DNA of 63,407 nt, the filler included, from Vannella sp. (taxonomy: Eukaryota), in assembly GCA_023345925.1 (NCBI GenBank). It is 5 parts of 5 records of this genome, joined end to end, with 100 filler letters (N's around TTAATTAATTAA, not from the genome) between each part and the next. Parts side by side here need not be neighbours in the genome. Positions count along the whole stretch, not along the records: positions 33,786 to 42,037 come from JAJQQN010000376.1; positions 42,138 to 55,457 come from JAJQQN010000031.1; 3 more parts are not named here. One strand, 5' to 3'. A model generated the notes under the pieces. It searched no databases. It had not been told where the DNA came from and saw nothing but the letters and a program-made list of their open reading frames with translations. Within the stretch, counting starts at the first letter, position 1, and each line of letters opens with the position of its first letter. The translations under genes were made by a program, and so were the position numbers. Below are positions 37,929 through 50,604 of this stretch, one piece after another.

Positions 37929-39307
37929 TCAAAATGTCTCAAACTGGCTCCTTTTGCCAGAGAACAGCCTTGCGAAGAGGGACACGCAAAGTACGATGTA
38001 TTCTCACTTGTTGCCGTCCTCATCCAAGGCAAAGGTGGAGGATTCCTCCTCTTTCGCCTCCGTTGGAGTCTCCTCCGCTGCTTTAGCGGCGTCTGGCAGG
38101 TGCTCTTGGAGGAAAGAGATCTCCGAGGCCTTTAGTTCTTGTAGGTCGCCGTAGATCTTCGTCATGGCAGCATTCAGAGACTCCAAAGTGGGATCCCACG
38201 TCGTTGTCTGCTCTTGTGTGTTCGGTGGAGCATCAGCAAGCTGCTGCTTGATCGTATCAAGATCGTGTGTCGTTAGTGATGGCACTGAGCTTGCCTCAGA
38301 GGCGATCAGGCTCTCCGCACGGTCACGATGAACTCGGACTTCGATCCGAAGGTCCGCAATCAAGTCCTGGGCCTCTTTTGCGGCCAGTAGGAGGCTTTGC
38401 TTCTCCAACTGTAGCTTCTCCAACTGTACCTTCAGCTGCACGTTCTCCTGCTTGATCGCTTTGATCGCGGCAGTGTCGTGGGTCTCGACAGCTTCTCGTG
38501 TGGGGGCTGGCGCACTCTTTGGTGGTGTTGCAGGCGGAGTTTGAGTTGGGAATGGGCGAGGTAAACCTGTTTGCTGTTCGTTCTCCTGCCGCGCAAAGTG
38601 TTCTGACCAGTACTCGATGGCGTCCAAGTCTTTGGACAGGGGCAAGTGGAAGGAGAGGTCCTTAAGCTCAAGAAGCAAGTCAAGGAACGAGGTAGAAGAC
38701 TTCTCGCTCCTCAGAATAGACCCAGGAGTGAAGAAACTCCTGAGAAAGGGTCAATAAAAGAGTCCCGTCGCCTCTTACGTACCCTGTGAGCTTCTGGTTC
38801 CACACCAAGCAGGAGATATACTCGTCTAAACAGTGTTCGTTCAGCCCATGTCGAATCAGCGTGCTGTTCCAGGGTCAGCAGTGGCAAGGGTGTCAGGTCG
38901 ACTCACCGTCCTCGCCCTGCACTGGTCTTGGAGTGGCGTGTGACTAATGAAGAGATGTCCTTTCCGTTAGGGAAGCAGATATCGATCTTCTTCATGTAGT
39001 CCCACATCACAGTCCGCGAGAGGAGCCCCAAATCTGTTGGGGGAGCGCTGGTTAGTGGCAAGGGAGGGTCTTGTGGAGGCCATACCTCGAAGACCGAAGT
39101 TAAGTACTCTTTCTATGGTGAAGCAGAGCTCTTTGGTCTCAGGATTACGATCAGTCAGCACTGGGTTACCTTCCGAGCTGGAGATCTTCTTTAGCGCCTT
39201 GACAAGGTCACTCAGACCTCCCAACAGTTCTATCCACACCCATCATAAGTGCTTATCCCCCTAACACCCACAAAGCACCCACTCGCATGCTTCTCCGCAG
39301 TACTCAT
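37929..39307 (-). CDS. RUN-domain protein with coiled coil, multi-exon
   Basis: ELCFTIERVLNFGLR (RUN N-terminal block), later LIRHGLNE and LLELKDLSFHL, then a heptad-rich region. Confidence 0.75.
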
Positions 39308-39383
39308 GCCTCAGACGAGAAAGGAGGCGGAGAGAATGAGTCCCTCCCGTCACTAAAGAAGACTTTTCTTCGTTCCCTTCATT

Positions 39384-41897
39384 TCATTCGTCGTCTTCCA
39401 GTTCAGGTTCAAAGGAGAAGGAAGAGTCGGTGAAGGTGCGAATAACAGAAGTCCGGAAAAGGGAAAGAGATTGCTCGAAAGTGCCAATCATCTCCAAAGT
39501 GCGTTCTTCCAGTTCCTTCTCTTGAATGGCCAAGCGGAGCTGCAACTTGTGGTTTTGAAGCTGGCAGGACTTGAGAGAAGCCTCTAGCGAAACAATTCGT
39601 CGGATATGGACGATCTCTTGAGACTCTGTTTCTTCGTGGAGCTCGAGGAGTCCCAATGTTGGGGGTCGGACGGGACTTTCTGTGCGAGTTATTGGTAGTG
39701 AAGCATGAGCCATGGTTTTGACCAGTTGCCGGCCCGGTGGGTGTCTTTTTCGTAAGAGTTTTTCGCTTGTGCTCAGAGTGTCTTGGCCAACAGCACATTC
39801 TGAGATGAGTTGGAGGTGATGAATGACTCCATCTATGTTAATGCGACTTTCCTGAGGAGCCCAGCAAGATACAACAAGGCGCTTCCATGACGGAGGCATA
39901 CCTTCCAAAGGAGGAAGAACTGGCGGGAGGTTTTGGCAAGCCATGGAGATGATTGTGACATCTGTTACATCTTGGAGAGGCTCTTCCTCCTTCCAAAGGG
40001 CCCAAAATATCAGTCCGAAGCTATAAATATCAAATGAAGTCTCCCCAGCGCATTTACGTTCTTGTGGGATCCTAACTCCCCATTTTCCAGATGCCTCCGA
40101 GTTATAGAGGCCAGCAATCCATTCTGGAGCTGAGATAGAGTGAGAGTCCATTCCTTCTACCCACATAGGGACTCACCCATATATCGCCAGGTTCCTCCTC
40201 GAGCAGTACTCTCGTTTGTGAGTGCTCGAGCGATGCCAAAGTCGGCTATGCACGCCGAGAGAGGATCTTCAGAGATCAGAATATTATCACATTTAAGGTC
40301 TCGGTGAGCCACACCTTCCCAGAAAAGGTCAGAAACAAGAGACCAAACATTGAAAAGAACGAACCGATGTTATGAAGATGTTGAATGCCCAAAGCCACAT
40401 CATAGGCCAGTTTACACTTCTCTGCATCCGTTAAAGTCTCCCCTCTCTCATGTAAGGAAGAAAAAAAGCTTCGCAGGCTTCCCTGATACAGGCGAGTAAC
40501 AATGTAGAAAGAATGCTCTTCTCTGTGATAGCATCCTCCGTGAAATTCCACTAGATTTGGATGCTTAAGGAAGTAGAGAAGCAGAAGTTCTCGGCGAAGC
40601 TCCATCTCATCAAAATATTGCGAGTTTGTGTTCACTACTTTGATAGCAACCTCCTTATGGCGATGGGACTGCCTCCAGATTCCAGCATAAACAGTTCCAA
40701 AGCTTCCAGCGCCCAGCTTATCATTCAATTCAATGTTTTCTTTCGGTATGAGCGGTAACATGTGGCTGAAGTGATGCCAGTGCGTGGTAAAGAGTTTTTG
40801 GAGAATCACTGTTCCACCTGTCCAAGGTTTTTGGATGACCCAATGGAGCTCTTCAATCTTAGAGAGTTGAATAAAGTAGTCAAAATACTTTCTTTCTACC
40901 GCCTCTGGTTCAAGAGAGGCAGGAGAAACGTGGTATTGAAGAATGGCAATAAACGCGGTGATAATGTTAAAACACGGTTCTGCTTTTCTCACTAAGGAAA
41001 GCACTTTGGCGCCATCCTGTCGCTTCAGTACCATGCTATAAAGACGATGGAGCATATCATCGGTACGAAAGTGAATGGAGACACCTTGGGCTTGGAGTCT
41101 GGCGATCATTTCGAGGAGATGAGCTATTTGAGAGCCAATCTTCGAGAAGCCAAAGAAGATCTCCAAGAGTTCTATCAGGGGGTTGTATGATTGGATGGGT
41201 TTCACAGGGTCTGGTGAAAGAGAGGCGCCATGAATGATGCAAGAGATAAGATCGAGAACCAATCCACATTCGTAAGAGGAGATTTCCTTGCCCTGAACGT
41301 GGTCCACTGCGAAACCGGACAACTGAGTGACAAGGACACCGAACAGATCAACGTAATGTGCAAGGCTACGGCATAGGTGCTCACGACACCGAGAGTGGGA
41401 GCTTATCTTGTTCAGGATCTCAAGGGAGATGTGGTTATGGTGAGGCTTCATGGCCTGTTGTACAATCCAAGGTAGAGTTTCTGGTCTGAGAAACAACGGC
41501 ACTGAAGCTTCTGACGCTACAAGCCACTGAAGAACAAGAAGAGTGGAGTTCTCCACCGCTGCAACCTCAGCTGTGAAGAGAAAGCGGAATTCCTTTTGGA
41601 ACTCGTCGATAATGATGTCTCGTGCAACACCTGACACGTGTGAGGAGTGGTGGAGTCACGCTCTGACGACTCACCTTGTTGTTTGAGGGAAAGGAGGGAG
41701 TTGGCGAAGCACCCAAGCAGAAGAGGGTTTTGTGAGGCACAGATGGCCTTCAGAGCCTTAAGGTCTGTACTTGAAAGCTCTGAAGTACTCTTCTCATCCT
41801 TCTTTCGTAAAATCCACCCAGACGCACCGCGACCAACGGAAACCGCATCTTCCAGAGTCGCCTTGGAGACCGACACCTGCCTTGAAGACCGCCACAT
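39384..41897 (-). CDS. TKL-group protein kinase with helical (ARM-like) N-terminus and C-terminal coiled coil
   Basis: GAGSFG, VAIK, spliced HRDLKCDN, DFG, APE and DIYSFG. Confidence 0.88.
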
Positions 41898-42037
41898 TAA
41901 TGATTAAATTCTAGAAACAGTTCCTTCTGACGATTGCCGCCTGAATCAAAGTGAGGTTACATGCCAATTTTGCCCTTATTTGATTGAGCCAATGGGAAGT
42001 CTTGGGAATGCTCTGTTCCGATTGGTGCGGAATGGAC

Positions 42038-42137
42038 NNNNNNNNNNNNNNNNNNNNNNNNNNNNNNNNNNNNNNNNNNNNTTAATTAATTAANNNNNNN
42101 NNNNNNNNNNNNNNNNNNNNNNNNNNNNNNNNNNNNN
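42038..42137. other. Artificial contig linker
   Basis: N spacer with TTAATTAATTAA. Confidence 0.98.
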
Positions 42138-43269
42138 GAATGAGATCATTGGAAGAGAAACTCATTTGATCTGTGTCGAAAAGGACTTGAATGGCGCCAC
42201 CTCCGACTGTGACTGAATGCCCTTCGCCTCCTGCAGCACGGAACCGCTTCCTTTGGAAATGATTGAGGATGCTTCCAATAGCACCAAGGTAGAGTGTGTC
42301 GGTGGAGGACTCGAGCACAATATTGTCAACAGCGTGGTTCAAATGAAGCACTTGAGCGAGTTCTAAAGTGTCTGCTGTGTGATTCATCCGCAAGGAATGG
42401 ACTTGGCGCTCCACAGGATCACTGACAAATAACATTTGACCGTTTTCGCTCCTTGCAATACCATTGTATGATGTGCCAGAGCCCACAATCTCGCAGGATA
42501 GCTCCAAATCCTTTCCGTTTTCCTGGAGAGTGTAATGGCACCTTCTCAAAGGCGCCCATGGCATAGAAAATAAGTAGGAAACAATATTAGCAGCCTCCAG
42601 AAAGGTCTCATACAAGAATCCTCGCCCGGGGAGAGAGGAATGTCGACCCGTTGGCAAGTCCGGGAACGGCAGGTGCTGTGTCACATAGAACAAGCCCTCC
42701 TCGATAACTAACAAATCGTTGAGAACGCCCATACTTTGGAGGCTAAAAAGCTCCTTCCCCACCGTGTACAGGAAAGTTAGTTCGACATTGGCTGAATCCA
42801 ATCCATTGTTTGGCTCCGACACATTGAATACATCCACTCTCTCGCCTCCTTGGTCATATGCGTGGTTGATGACGAAGAGTAGAGATGATTGGCCCTCTCT
42901 CTTAAGGAGATTGACACCGTGGGGGTGGAACTGGACTCCTTCAGGGAAGCCGCGGAGCTCCAGATGCTGTATCTGGAAGTCTCCGTGGTTGTCTGAGTAG
43001 AGTGCAATGATAGAACCTTTTGGAGTACGATGAGCTCCATCCACAACGTTCCAAAGCATCAATCGGTCGTCGGAGGAACACAAAAGCACCGAAGAAGTCC
43101 ATTGCTCGCAGTCTTCCACACCCACAGGTCCAGCAAGCCACTGACACGAGCCACTACCCCTTACCACAACCTCCTTTCCCAAATCAAACACCTTCTGCAC
43201 ACGCAAAGCCAAGGGAACTGCCATCGCAACCAAAACAAAGAAGCAGACCAACCCCCGCCTCCCCCACAT
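42138..43269 (-). CDS. Paraoxonase/arylesterase (PON-like six-bladed propeller), 3'-partial
   Basis: Signal anchor; GVED, FHPHG, FVINH, NDL, NGI and DNI motifs. Confidence 0.85.
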
Positions 43270-43356
43270 GATAAAATGGCAAATAATTGATAACGAAACA
43301 AAAATAACCTTCATTACCTTCGCTTCCATCGGAAGACCTTTTTTCTTCCCCTCATG

Positions 43357-43389
43357 TGATTGGTTGAAAATGGGCCAATCAAAGATTGG
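43357..43389. promoter_or_regulatory. Three CCAAT/ATTGG boxes in the divergent PON/sphingosine kinase promoter
   Basis: TGATTGG at 43357, CCAATCA at 43375 and GATTGG at 43384. Confidence 0.45.
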
Positions 43390-43477
43390 AACCGGCATGA
43401 CACGTTTTATTCCTTCAAAAGAATAGCGGGAGCATGGAATTGTCTCTTTCGTTAGTAGACATTGTTTTGTGCATTTG

Positions 43478-45061
43478 ATGTTGGCTTGGTGGTGGGGAGC
43501 GAAGACCTCTTTGGAGGGAGGCCTTTCTGGTTCTCCTGGGGAAGCGTTACTCAGCGGGGTGATGGAACTTGAAGGAGAGGAGAGGAAAGTTACTCTCTTT
43601 GCTGACCGAGTGGTTTGGAGTGCGGGGACCGTTTTACCCGGTAAGTCTTGGGCTTGATGAGGCACCTTGTGCTGACAAAGAGTCAGGGAGTCAAGCTGCC
43701 ATCGCTAGCATGTACGCTGTTGCTGTTCAAAACGAGCAGAAGAACTTGGCAGAGCTCGTTCTGCTCGGTGTAGACCGTACTTTGCCGTGTGGTGGTTCCT
43801 CGACTCGCCCTAAAGTTGAGATTCGCTTTAAAGGAGAGCTTGCTACGCTTTGTCAATGGGAGTCAGCTTTGGATGAGCTCCTCCAGAAAGACTGGAGCTC
43901 TTTACAACCCCGTTTGCCAGTTCTACTTCTCCTCAATCCAGCAAGTGGTCAAGCAGCTGCCAAAAGGCTCTTTGATCAGGTTGTTGCTCCAATGTTAGAC
44001 CAAGCACACGTCCCCTACCAAGTCAAGGGTAGCGCCCTTCTCTCTTGCGTTTCAGTGAGTTACTAACCTTTGGGGGAAGAGACTTCCCATCCTGGACATG
44101 CCTCTGAGTTGGCCAAGGAGTGGGATCTGGCGAGCTGGAGTGCGATAGCAACTGTGTCTGGTGATGGTCTCTTCCATGAGGTCATCCAGGGGCTGATGGA
44201 TCGGCCTGACTGGGACAAAGCGAGGAGGATTCCTTTGGCTTTAATTCCGGCGGGAAGTGGGAACGGAGTGACGACAAGCTTGGACATCTTCGGTGCCATC
44301 GATGGCACCTTTTGCCTCATCAAAGGCTACACAGAGCAGGTGGATCTGATGGCTCTGGCTACTAAGGCTGGCCGGAGAATCTATTGTCACTTGGCTCTCT
44401 TTTGGGGGCTCATTGCTGATGCTGATCTTGATAGTAACGCATACCGCTGGATGGGCCCTGCCAGGTTTACAATCTACACTCTGTATCGGATTGTCTTCCT
44501 TCGCTCCTATCCCGCTCGCCTCCGCTATCTCCTCGCAGAGAACCATGAAGGGCCTCATATTTCAGAATCTAATGAGTCTGAAGCTCTGCAGCCACCCTTA
44601 GCGTATAGTGAAAGTGGCTTTGGCCCCCTTTCAGAGGGCTGGAAGGAGTTTGATGAGTCTTTTGTGATGCTTTGTGCAGTGCTCATGCATTGGGTGTCTC
44701 AAGATGTCTATCTCGCTCCCGGGGCGCAGTATGTTTCTCTCTTTCTTTGAGGGGACCTTTTCTAACCATCCATAGTCACTCGGATGGTCTCATTCACCTC
44801 CTTTGGGTGGAACTGTCCAAAGTGACCAAATGGGAATTACTAGGACTCCTCATTAGCGCTGCCACTGGCAACCATCTGGAGCACCGGTCGGTTACTATCG
44901 TTCGCGTCAAAGCCTTTTCAATCATCCCCGAGGACGACAAACAGGTCGACGTGGACGGAGAAGGATATCCCATGGAACCTTTTACTGCCGAGGTCCTTCC
45001 CTCCTTCCTGCGCGTGATTATGCCAAAATATCGCACGAATGAGCCCAAGTCCACCAAATAG
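43478..45061 (+). CDS. Sphingosine/long-chain-base kinase (DAGK family), 3 introns
   Basis: LNPASG, SGDGLFHEV, PAGSGNG, WGLIADAD..YRWMG..RF and VDGE. Confidence 0.92.
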
Positions 45062-45317
45062 CAACCTCAGTGTGCTGGCATCTTAAATGTTTTCTCATTA
45101 TCCCAGTCCTGGGACTTTCTCGGCTAACCAACGCGCCAAAAGGAGCTTCAAGTGAGTCAGAGGGCTGGCTGGAACGCAGAAACGTGAATGCGAAGATTTA
45201 TTTGTTTTGGAGATCTTCTCCGCCTCTAGTATCGATACACAGCGCTGTTTGGCAAGTGCCAACCGCTCTTTACATTCTTTACAGGAGGGAGGAGAAGAAT
45301 CGCCCCTCACTAATAAC

Positions 45318-47756
45318 TTAAGCACTTATAGTGCTTCTACCACCAGCTGTGAGAGTGGATTTAGCTCCACAGATTACCAGCAGTTGCTCTAAGGAAGGCT
45401 GCTTCCTTAACTGAGTAATCTTCAGCGCTTGAGAAAGAGAAGAAGTGGAGTGTCGAGTTGAGTGAGCTAAGAGGCTTATGAGATCTTCGCTTAACTCTCG
45501 CTCTACAGCAATGAGGAGTGGTGTTGCACCAGACCCATCAGGAAGTATCTTATTGACATTCTCCGATTGAAGAAGGAGCTGAATGAGTTGGCCTTGAGGA
45601 TGCCAAGACGAGACAGCCAGGTGCAAAGCACTTTCGCCATCATAGTTCGGCTGATGGACGGCAGCTCCGTAGCTGAGAAGTAATTGTACCAAGTCGATGG
45701 CGTCTTGCCTGACGGCGTACTGAAGTGCGCACTCCCCTTCAGCATCGGGTTGATGAATGTAAGCGCCGCTCTGGAGAAGTATTGTTAAGCTCTCTTGGAC
45801 TCCACTGGCTACAGCAAGGTGCAAAGGGAAGGTGCCATCGCATGAGGGGCGATTAACATCAGCACCAGCCTCGACAAGGCGGGTCACTGCTGCCGGAGAA
45901 ACTGCCAAAGCCAAGTGAAGAGGAGTATTTCCCTCATGATCTTGCGCATTAACGTCTGCCTCAGCATTCAGAAGAGCGTCAATAATCGCATTGAAGCCCC
46001 TCTTAGCAGCCCAATGCAGAGCAGTTCGCCCCTTTCTGTCCCGAATGTCCACTGGTAAACGCTTGCTCTCGAGGATTCGCAGCAAAAGAGGGAGGTTTCC
46101 ACTTGCAGATGCAAAGTGAGATGGAGAATAAGGGTGGAAGCCAGCGGATAACAAATCATCAAATAGAGACCCGTAGTCAGAGTCATCTTGCAGTCCCGCC
46201 AACTGGATATCGCCATTGAATGGCATAAAGCCGGTTGTCTGAGATGTTAAAGTCACCCCGAGTATCTCACTGGGATCCAATTCATCAAGGAAGGTGAACG
46301 AACCGGGCTGACTTGGTTCTCTCATGTTATTAGTGACAGTGACTGGCACTTGAGAAGGAAAATGAGGAGGTGTGAAGCAAACCAGTGTCCCGGGACTCAG
46401 AAACTCAGGAATCACACAAAGGTTAGCGAACTGCACCATCAAAGTGGGGCTTTCTTCAAAGTGAGAGCCAACAATCACCACCCGAGTACCTCCTTGAGAG
46501 GACCCAGAAGGTGGAATCACTTCAGTCACTTGTGCAAGTGGCCCAGTGGGATTAGCCTTCAGTAGACTGCTATGTGAGACCACCGTAAAGGGTTTAGAAT
46601 GCACACAAGCAAGAGATTCCGATTGCTTGTTCCCATCTGTCTTACGAAGCTCAAACTGGAGATAGAACAGAGCATCGTCCAGCTGGTGAGAAGTCTTTCC
46701 CACCTTCAAGCGCTTAAAGATAACCGGAGCACCCACACCTGCACCCACTGGCATGTTTCCAGTCAAATAGTGAATTGGTTGGTTGTTATCGAACCGGAAA
46801 AGGGCGGGCACGATGCAAAGCGACTCCCCTGCATGCAAAGAAGGGCGCCCTCGAGTGCGCACAAGAATAACGGGGTTGGGCTTCAGACAACGGTTGTAGA
46901 CAATTCGGTCTGGCGGCTGCTCCAGCATGGTTAGAGAGTACTCTGGTTCTTCTAGATGCTCTGCAAGGCCCCCTAGTTCATTCATGAGGTCGTCAGTGTC
47001 CTCCTCGAGAAGGTCCTGAAGGCCACGCCATCCGGATTGATCGGGGGAGAGGAGCTGGCGGATCTCTAGGATACCCCAGTGGTTCTCTGTCTCCATCTGC
47101 ATCATTCGTACCAGTTGCACCACCTGAATGGGCTGGAGCCTGGGGAACACCTCCAGCGTGTGCATAACCGTGTCCAAGTCCGCATTGAGGAGGCGAACCA
47201 GAGGCTGGTTCAACAGAGACTGATTCTGGCAGTCTTCTAACAGTCCAAAGGCTATCCGAGAGGCTTCTTTCGGTCTATCCATGGCAGAAGCGACCTTCCC
47301 ATGCATGGTCTGGAGCAGTTCGGGGAGCATCTGACTGAGGATCTGTTGGAACTGCTGCAGCACGCTCAAATGAAGGTCTGCAGTGATACCAGACATCCTG
47401 CACATCTCTAGGAAGGCCAAAAGCTGGTCTTGGTTGAAGCACTGGTGAAGGGTCTCCTGCAAGAGAAGAAGGCGGAACACACACCCAAAGGCGTCCACCT
47501 GTGCATTGGTGAGTGCTTGAAGGAAGGAGTCGGCTCTGATAAGCTCCTGCATGCGAGGGTCATCGCGAACGTTCTGGGAAGAGCGGATGAGGAACTCGAG
47601 CTGTCTCTCGTCTGCCGCCTCCACGATCCTTCGAAGATCGTGGGCGATTGGGTCTTCTTCGGAGCGTTCGAAGGCCGCAAGAGCACTCCGTTGCACGGGG
47701 CTGAGAGCCCCAAGAACCAGAAGGATCTCAAAGAAGCTTCGTTTGAGTTGGTCCAT
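45318..47756 (-). CDS. Putative transcription factor: Ig-fold DNA-binding-like domain, IPT/TIG domain and ankyrin repeats
   Basis: EQPP..YNRCLKP..IFKRLKV..SKPFTVVSH; IPT (VIPPSGSSQGGTRVVIVGSHF..CFTPPH); ~6 ankyrin repeats. The 3' end is uncertain. Confidence 0.8.
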   Translation of the reverse strand: MDQLKRSFFEILLVLGALSPVQRSALAAFERSEEDPIAHDLRRIVEAADERQLEFLIRSSQNVRDDPRMQELIRADSFLQALTNAQVDAFGCVFRLLLLQETLHQCFNQDQLLAFLEMCRMSGITADLHLSVLQQFQQILSQMLPELLQTMHGKVASAMDRPKEASRIAFGLLEDCQNQSLLNQPLVRLLNADLDTVMHTLEVFPRLQPIQVVQLVRMMQMETENHWGILEIRQLLSPDQSGWRGLQDLLEEDTDDLMNELGGLAEHLEEPEYSLTMLEQPPDRIVYNRCLKPNPVILVRTRGRPSLHAGESLCIVPALFRFDNNQPIHYLTGNMPVGAGVGAPVIFKRLKVGKTSHQLDDALFYLQFELRKTDGNKQSESLACVHSKPFTVVSHSSLLKANPTGPLAQVTEVIPPSGSSQGGTRVVIVGSHFEESPTLMVQFANLCVIPEFLSPGTLVCFTPPHFPSQVPVTVTNNMREPSQPGSFTFLDELDPSEILGVTLTSQTTGFMPFNGDIQLAGLQDDSDYGSLFDDLLSAGFHPYSPSHFASASGNLPLLLRILESKRLPVDIRDRKGRTALHWAAKRGFNAIIDALLNAEADVNAQDHEGNTPLHLALAVSPAAVTRLVEAGADVNRPSCDGTFPLHLAVASGVQESLTILLQSGAYIHQPDAEGECALQYAVRQDAIDLVQLLLSYGAAVHQPNYDGESALHLAVSSWHPQGQLIQLLLQSENVNKILPDGSGATPLLIAVERELSEDLISLLAHSTRHSTSSLSQALKITQLRKQPSLEQLLVICGAKSTLTAGGRSTISA

Positions 47757-48085
47757 CGGAGAAGGAGGTTGGATGACGGACGATGAAGCGGGGGAAGTCT
47801 GGATGGAGGCAAGCACGAGCCAACAAAGGAGTGAAAGCTTTCTCAAAGAGTTCACGTCTCCATTCCCACTTTATTCCCGCTTGAGAACACCCAACGAGGA
47901 GCGCGCCAAGAAGGGATCCGCTTCGGCTTTTCTAGTTTACCTCATTAAAATGACTCTGCGACCACTGCACAAGAGCCAACAGGGGACCAGACCACGGTCC
48001 TCTTGAAAGATACCTTAACTGGGTCATGTAAATGGATATGTATGATAATGAAGCAATGTACATTTAGAATAAGGTTGTCCTGTCT

Positions 48086-49509
48086 CTAAGAGTATTGGCC
48101 GTGGTAGTGGAGGGCTTGGAGGAGGGCTTGTTGGACCTCATAAGGGTTGCGGTATCGCTCTTGGAGGTCGTTGTGTAGCATTCGACTGATGCAGTGGCCG
48201 ATGGGAGTGTCTAGTGCTCGGGCTTTGTGGTAGGGAATGGAATGTTGGATCACATTGGTGATGTCTCCGTCCTCTGGAACTACAGCAGGCCATCCTGTGA
48301 GCATGTGAAAGAAGATGAGGCCCATTTGGTAGATGTCGGATTGATACGTTGTCTTTCCAATGGTAATCAACTCGGGAGCAACCTCCCAACCTTCCCTTCG
48401 AATGAGATTCCACTGAGGCTGCATCCTCCCCTCTTCTCATACCTCGTCCTGTTGTTCCACGTGCTTCGTGATTGGCATCAGCCACCTTGCTGATACCGAA
48501 ATCACTTATCTTCAAGATGATGTTTCCCCGCTCGTACTTGTAGAGAATGTTGTCCACCTTCCCTTGAGTTTAGCTCGCTGCCAAAGGAAGAGAGGCCTTA
48601 CCTGTAAGTCTCTGTGAATGACTTTCTTCTTGTGGATGTGACAGAGCCCGGAGAGCAGCTGCCCGGCAAAGTCCACGAATGTTTCGAAGAGGAGAGGAAT
48701 GTTGGTCTTGTTCTGGTCCTCCAATAGTCCACGAAGAGTGCCATCTGCACGCTCCATCACGTAATAGTACAGGTTGTTATATACAAAGGCGTCGTAAAGC
48801 CGGATGGTGTTGGGGTGGTTCATGGAAACCAGGAAGTCTCGCTCCTTGTTCCAGTCTGTCTCTACAATGGTTTTACAGCGATGAGGCTTCTGAATCTTCA
48901 TCACAAAAGCTTGTCGGAAGTAGTCCTCGCAGAGGTGTACGACAGCGTACGATCCTTCCGCAATTCGTTGTCCAATCGTGTAGTGCATACGGCTTTGGTT
49001 GCTACTGATGATATCTCCTGGTTTGGGCCAGATCACATCGTTCTCCGAGATGATGCGAGGAATCACCAACGCGAGATGGTTGATGAGTTCGTCAATACCG
49101 CGAACATAAGAGACATCGCTCAACGACGCGAACTGTCCCACTATCCCAAGTCCCATGTGTTGATATCCCTGTGATACGTTGCCTGGAACAACCAGGATGG
49201 GTAAGGTGGTGACACTGCGGAGGACGGGAAGCAACTCCATCTGTGCGTGAGAGAGGGATTGCTGAGATGTGCTGAGGATTATGTGTGAGAAGAGGTCTGG
49301 TGACGCATTTCGTAGTGTTAAGATCGCCTGGGAGAACAGAGCAGTTATCACAGAGCACTGAAGTTGTCTCCGAAGCACCTTCATCTCACCGTCCACAACC
49401 TGGGTAGTGCAGTCATCCCACTACATCATATCAGCTCCCGCTAGGTAAAGAGGTGAACCGAGAGACTCACCGTCCACAACACGTTGTAGGATGAGGGGGT
49501 ATCCTCCAT
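48086..49509 (-). CDS. Ser/Thr protein kinase, multi-exon
   Basis: AEGSYA, VMK, spliced HRDLQVDN, SDFG, APE and SDIYQMG. Confidence 0.85.
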
Positions 49510-49638
49510 TGGAGAGGCCAACAAATACAGCGAGAAGGAAGGTTTGTAAGTGCCATGCAAGTCTGAAGTTTATCAGAATATGTGGTCTTCGTCTCCATTT
49601 GAGTAAAATTGGGGACTGGGTGTGACGGTTACCAACGC

Positions 49639-50466
49639 CTACTCAGCAGGGGTCTCGGTCTTCTCGGCAGCAGGCTCCCTTGTTCGGGGCTTTCGGGGCT
49701 TTCGGTTCCTCTTGCGCTTGGGCTTTTCACCATCTGTGGGAGTCTGGGTGGTCTCTTCGCCCTCGACAGGGGCAGCCTTTGGTTTGCGGCTTCGCTTGTT
49801 GTTCTTTCTCTTGGGAAGCTGCTTGAAGGCCTTGCTCACCTGGAGAGTTTCTCCTTGGAATTCCTTCTCCCCGAAGGTGTCCAGAATCTTTTGTTGGTTA
49901 GCGGCTCCATCAACGAACACGAAAGCGAAGGTGGCACGTGGGCGTTCCTTTCCACGGTAAGCCTTGCGAAGAGACACAGACTGGACACCGTTGCCCTCAA
50001 GAAGAGCAGAGACTTCCTCCTCAGTCACTTCATCCTTCAAGCCGCCAATGTAAACAACGTCGTCGGAGATTTCTCGTTCAGCTCGGGGGACGCGAGCGGG
50101 ACGGGGCGCAGCAGTACGGGGTGCACCAGCAGTGGTATTAGCGGGTGTTTTGACGGCAGGGACTCGTTTCTTGGCTGGCTTGGCGAGTTCGACCTTCATG
50201 GCACGTCCATCCAGATCCTTTCCGTTCACCGAAAGGGCATTCTGGGCACTCTCCTTGGTCTCGAAGGTGACGAATCCGAATCCGAGGCGACGTCCGCTGC
50301 TTTGGATAGCAATCTTGGCGACGAGGATGGTACCGAACTCCGCGAAGGCGTCCTTGAGATCCTGGTTCTTGGTCTTGAAAGTGATGTTACCAACGTAGAC
50401 TCGGAGTCCCAACTGGGTGTCCTCCTCTTCTTGGGCAAGAGACTGGGTGACTTCTTCGTTAGACAT
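49639..50466 (-). CDS. RNA-binding protein with two RRMs
   Basis: RNP2 VYVGNI / VYIGGL and RNP1 LGFGFVTF / ATFAFVFV; basic tail. Confidence 0.92.
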   Translation of the reverse strand: MSNEEVTQSLAQEEEDTQLGLRVYVGNITFKTKNQDLKDAFAEFGTILVAKIAIQSSGRRLGFGFVTFETKESAQNALSVNGKDLDGRAMKVELAKPAKKRVPAVKTPANTTAGAPRTAAPRPARVPRAEREISDDVVYIGGLKDEVTEEEVSALLEGNGVQSVSLRKAYRGKERPRATFAFVFVDGAANQQKILDTFGEKEFQGETLQVSKAFKQLPKRKNNKRSRKPKAAPVEGEETTQTPTDGEKPKRKRNRKPRKPRTREPAAEKTETPAE

Positions 50467-50604
50467 GGGAAATGGGCGTGTGTTGGGACGCGCGGGAAGG
50501 AGAAACAAAAATCTTGCCCCAAAGTTTTCGTTTCACGCCCACTCCAGGAAATCGATCATCAAACAAATTAATTCGCCCACCATCCAGGATTTACCAATAA
50601 TTAA

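Noticed and set aside
49609..50571. 320-aa plus-strand ORF and similar antisense ORFs (e.g. 30307-30942, 28969-29526)
   Set aside because: These are shadow frames of well-supported opposite-strand genes with biased codons or repeats.
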